Assembly: GCA_012961845.1 (NCBI GenBank) | Contig: DTYO01000237.1 | Coordinates: 1 to 36,858 of the forward strand | DNA from: Thermodesulfobacteriaceae bacterium | GTDB taxonomy: Bacteria > Desulfobacterota > Dissulfuribacteria > Dissulfuribacterales > UBA3076 | Reading direction: 5' to 3' | Length of the DNA: 36,858 nucleotides | Part shown: positions 35,051-36,858 of the stretch, one piece after another | How the letters are laid out: each line of letters opens with the position of its first letter | Position numbering within the stretch: position 1 is the stretch's first letter | Translations under genes and position numbers: made by a program | Notes under the pieces: generated by a model | Told to the model about the DNA's origin: nothing | The model's input: only the letters and a program-made list of their open reading frames with translations | Database searches by the model: none

Positions 35051-36616
35051 TCAAAAAGTTATTGTATCTTTGTACGGCTGAAATCCTTCACAGAATCCGT
35101 AGAGAGTGATCTCTCCGTTTGCGTCCACAGGCACATTCAAATCAAAAACCCCCGGATTTTCTCCGCAGGTAAAACAATATTCACCGTTGACCAGGATCAT
35201 TGCACACAGCGGCACCCCGTCATGGGAAACCGTACCGTTGATCCTGATCCTGATCCTGTCCGGAGCCCCCTGAGGCAGACCGACTGCATAGGAAACATCA
35301 AACATATCATCGCCAGGGCCGGCAGTAACCATCTGGACGCGAAGATCTCTTTCGCAGCTCTTGAGCACCAGTTCATAGGGTGCCAGTCCCTCGCAGAATG
35401 CATAAAACACGATTTTTCCGCCTGCATCCAGAGGCACTCTCAGCCTGAAATCCCCGGAACCGTCACATGTGAACATGTGGCTGCCGTTTGCCAGGACCAT
35501 GGCACAGACTGGCCCGCCTTCAAAAGAAACCTGACCTTGAATGTCCACCAGCAAATCGGCCTGACCTCCACGGACGGCACGGACATAATAGGACTCAGCC
35601 TTGCGGCCCTTTATGACATAGCCATAGTGGAAATCAACCACCCAGGAGAGTGTCGGCCTGAGGGCATAAGTGGTAGAAGTCCAGTAGCCGTGTGAAAGAG
35701 TACCTGGGAAAAAAATCTCGTTTGCGGCCGGGCTGCTCTTTTCATAGTCTATTATCGATTGAAGTTCGTTACGGTTCGGCAGGCGCCAGTCATCAAAACC
35801 GCCGATTTCAAGACCTTCGCAATAGGACAGGGCTTCTTCCCATGTCATGGGGCCTGCAAAGAGCTGTTGCCATGTAAGCCCTGTGCCCTTATCCGTGACG
35901 GTGCCGTCATTGTTGTCCGTCAGCCCACAGGGCGCCCCTGTCTCGCCACACCTGACCGCCCGGGCATGACAGTTGTCAGATTTGTACAGCCTGTATGCGT
36001 AGCCGTCTGAAAAATAGACGCGCCAACCGTATAGATCGTTATCGGCACTGATGGTGTCCGACCAATAAGCGCCAGGCACTGTCCCAGGGAAAAAGTCAGT
36101 CGTTATTGACGGATCATATGTGCCGGCATTGACCAAGCAGGAAAGCTCCTTTATGTCAGGCAGTCTCCAGTCCGAATGACCTCCAAACCTCCGGGCATTC
36201 AAAATTGCAATGAAGTCGTCTGTATCCGGGCCCTGTCTGCACGTTTCAAAACCGTATGCGGTGGTCCCGTTGGCTCCGGAACAGGAAATGAAAATATTTT
36301 CTCTGTCGTGGATCGAGCCGTCTTCCGTCTTTACCTCCCATATGATTCCTGTGTTATCGTCCCTGACCATTGACCATGAAGAAGCCGAATCCGGCAGGTC
36401 GTTACCCTCTGCATCAAGTTTGGTAAAGGAAGGCTGGGGCCCGTTATACTGGGCATCCTGTCCATGGAACCGCTCTCCCGGTCCGGGACATTGAATGGGA
36501 CCGGTATCACTGTAACAGACCTTTTGGCCGGTGTCCGGCACTGGCCCGGCACAGACACACTGCACAGAGGATGTCACAAGGATCCACACCCAAACATAAC
36601 TGACACCACTTTTCAT
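35051..36616 (-). CDS. Secreted protein with two DUF1566 (Lcl C-terminal / C-type-lectin-like) domains and two C-terminal Cys-containing beta-sandwich-like repeats
   Basis: A signal peptide (MKSGVSYVWVWILVTSSVQCVCAG) is followed by VPDTGQKVCY...FHGQDAQY. DWRLPDIKEL and DWRLPNRNEL mark the DUF1566 domains, each ending in ARAVRCG / VRAVRGG. Two units of about 63 aa follow. A GGAGG lies 5 nt upstream of ATG 36616. Confidence 0.75.
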   Translation of the reverse strand: MKSGVSYVWVWILVTSSVQCVCAGPVPDTGQKVCYSDTGPIQCPGPGERFHGQDAQYNGPQPSFTKLDAEGNDLPDSASSWSMVRDDNTGIIWEVKTEDGSIHDRENIFISCSGANGTTAYGFETCRQGPDTDDFIAILNARRFGGHSDWRLPDIKELSCLVNAGTYDPSITTDFFPGTVPGAYWSDTISADNDLYGWRVYFSDGYAYRLYKSDNCHARAVRCGETGAPCGLTDNNDGTVTDKGTGLTWQQLFAGPMTWEEALSYCEGLEIGGFDDWRLPNRNELQSIIDYEKSSPAANEIFFPGTLSHGYWTSTTYALRPTLSWVVDFHYGYVIKGRKAESYYVRAVRGGQADLLVDIQGQVSFEGGPVCAMVLANGSHMFTCDGSGDFRLRVPLDAGGKIVFYAFCEGLAPYELVLKSCERDLRVQMVTAGPGDDMFDVSYAVGLPQGAPDRIRIRINGTVSHDGVPLCAMILVNGEYCFTCGENPGVFDLNVPVDANGEITLYGFCEGFQPYKDTITF

Positions 36617-36858
36617 CTCCACCTCCAGAACATCTTGCCCGAAAACACGTATATTTCCACTGTCTGTTCCAGTCCCCTGCACTATCCCCCAGGGCCCGGA
36701 GAGTTGGTGCCGCTGATTCTTTCAAAGTCGGTTCTTGAATCAGACAACCAGAGCCAGGCAGACACGGCCGTCAATCATATCATAATATGAACAAGCGAAA
36801 GCCATCAAGACGCATCTTCAGCATGAGTAACTTTCTTTTTGTGAACATGGTTTTCACC

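Noticed and set aside
36787-36858. A possible plus-strand CDS start (MNKRKPSRRIFSMSNFLFVNMVFT...) running off the 3' end of the window.
   Set aside because: Only 24 codons are visible and there is no clear RBS. It looks like a signal or membrane anchor, but it cannot be supported from this window alone.

Overview
This 36.9 kb window is a densely coding bacterial chromosomal segment of about 36 protein genes, most of them housekeeping. I recognised no rRNA, tRNA, CRISPR array, transposase or phage gene.

Gene content, in order:
- 1-4717 (+): a translationally coupled 2-oxoacid:ferredoxin oxidoreductase set (gamma/delta fusion, alpha, beta), followed by an AMP-dependent acyl-CoA synthetase.
- 4763-14512 (-): one long co-oriented array of xerC, hslV, hslU, argB, argD, argF, argG, a stand-alone PilZ gene, a small membrane protein and a RACo-like ASKHA (DUF4445) ATPase.
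- 14946-16419 (-): an ArsR-family regulator with two half-size YeeE/YedE sulfur-transport-like membrane proteins.
- 16627-20312: tsaC (+), then on the minus strand rpsA, sppA and ihfB.
- 20801-22728 (+): queC overlapping two uncharacterised genes.
- 22877-28830: a second PilZ gene, rpmB, relA/spoT, and ispG-proS.
- 28934-29916 (+): an acidic orphan protein and a single-domain response regulator.
- 30164-36616: nnr, ampG, a HIT protein, a DUF456 protein, a NUDIX hydrolase, and a secreted double-DUF1566 protein.

The gene content and order suggest an anaerobic Desulfobacterota/deltaproteobacterial-type genome. That is inference only.

I did not find an obvious novel multi-gene system such as a defence island. 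The observations most worth a second look are:
- A roughly 120-130 nt conserved intergenic element occurs in three diverged copies (22745-22875, 29380-29512, 34194-34313). Each copy sits directly after the stop codon of an unrelated gene, in the same orientation relative to that gene.
- An orphan strong hairpin with nested pairings lies in the rpsA/queC divergent spacer and is a candidate small RNA.
- queC, a CxxCxxCC protein gene and a TIM-barrel protein gene are joined by two 11-nt overlaps.
- A near-consensus promoter upstream of arsR has a spacer that is a perfect 20-nt palindrome.

All protein calls come from motif recognition by eye in the supplied translations. No database search was run.
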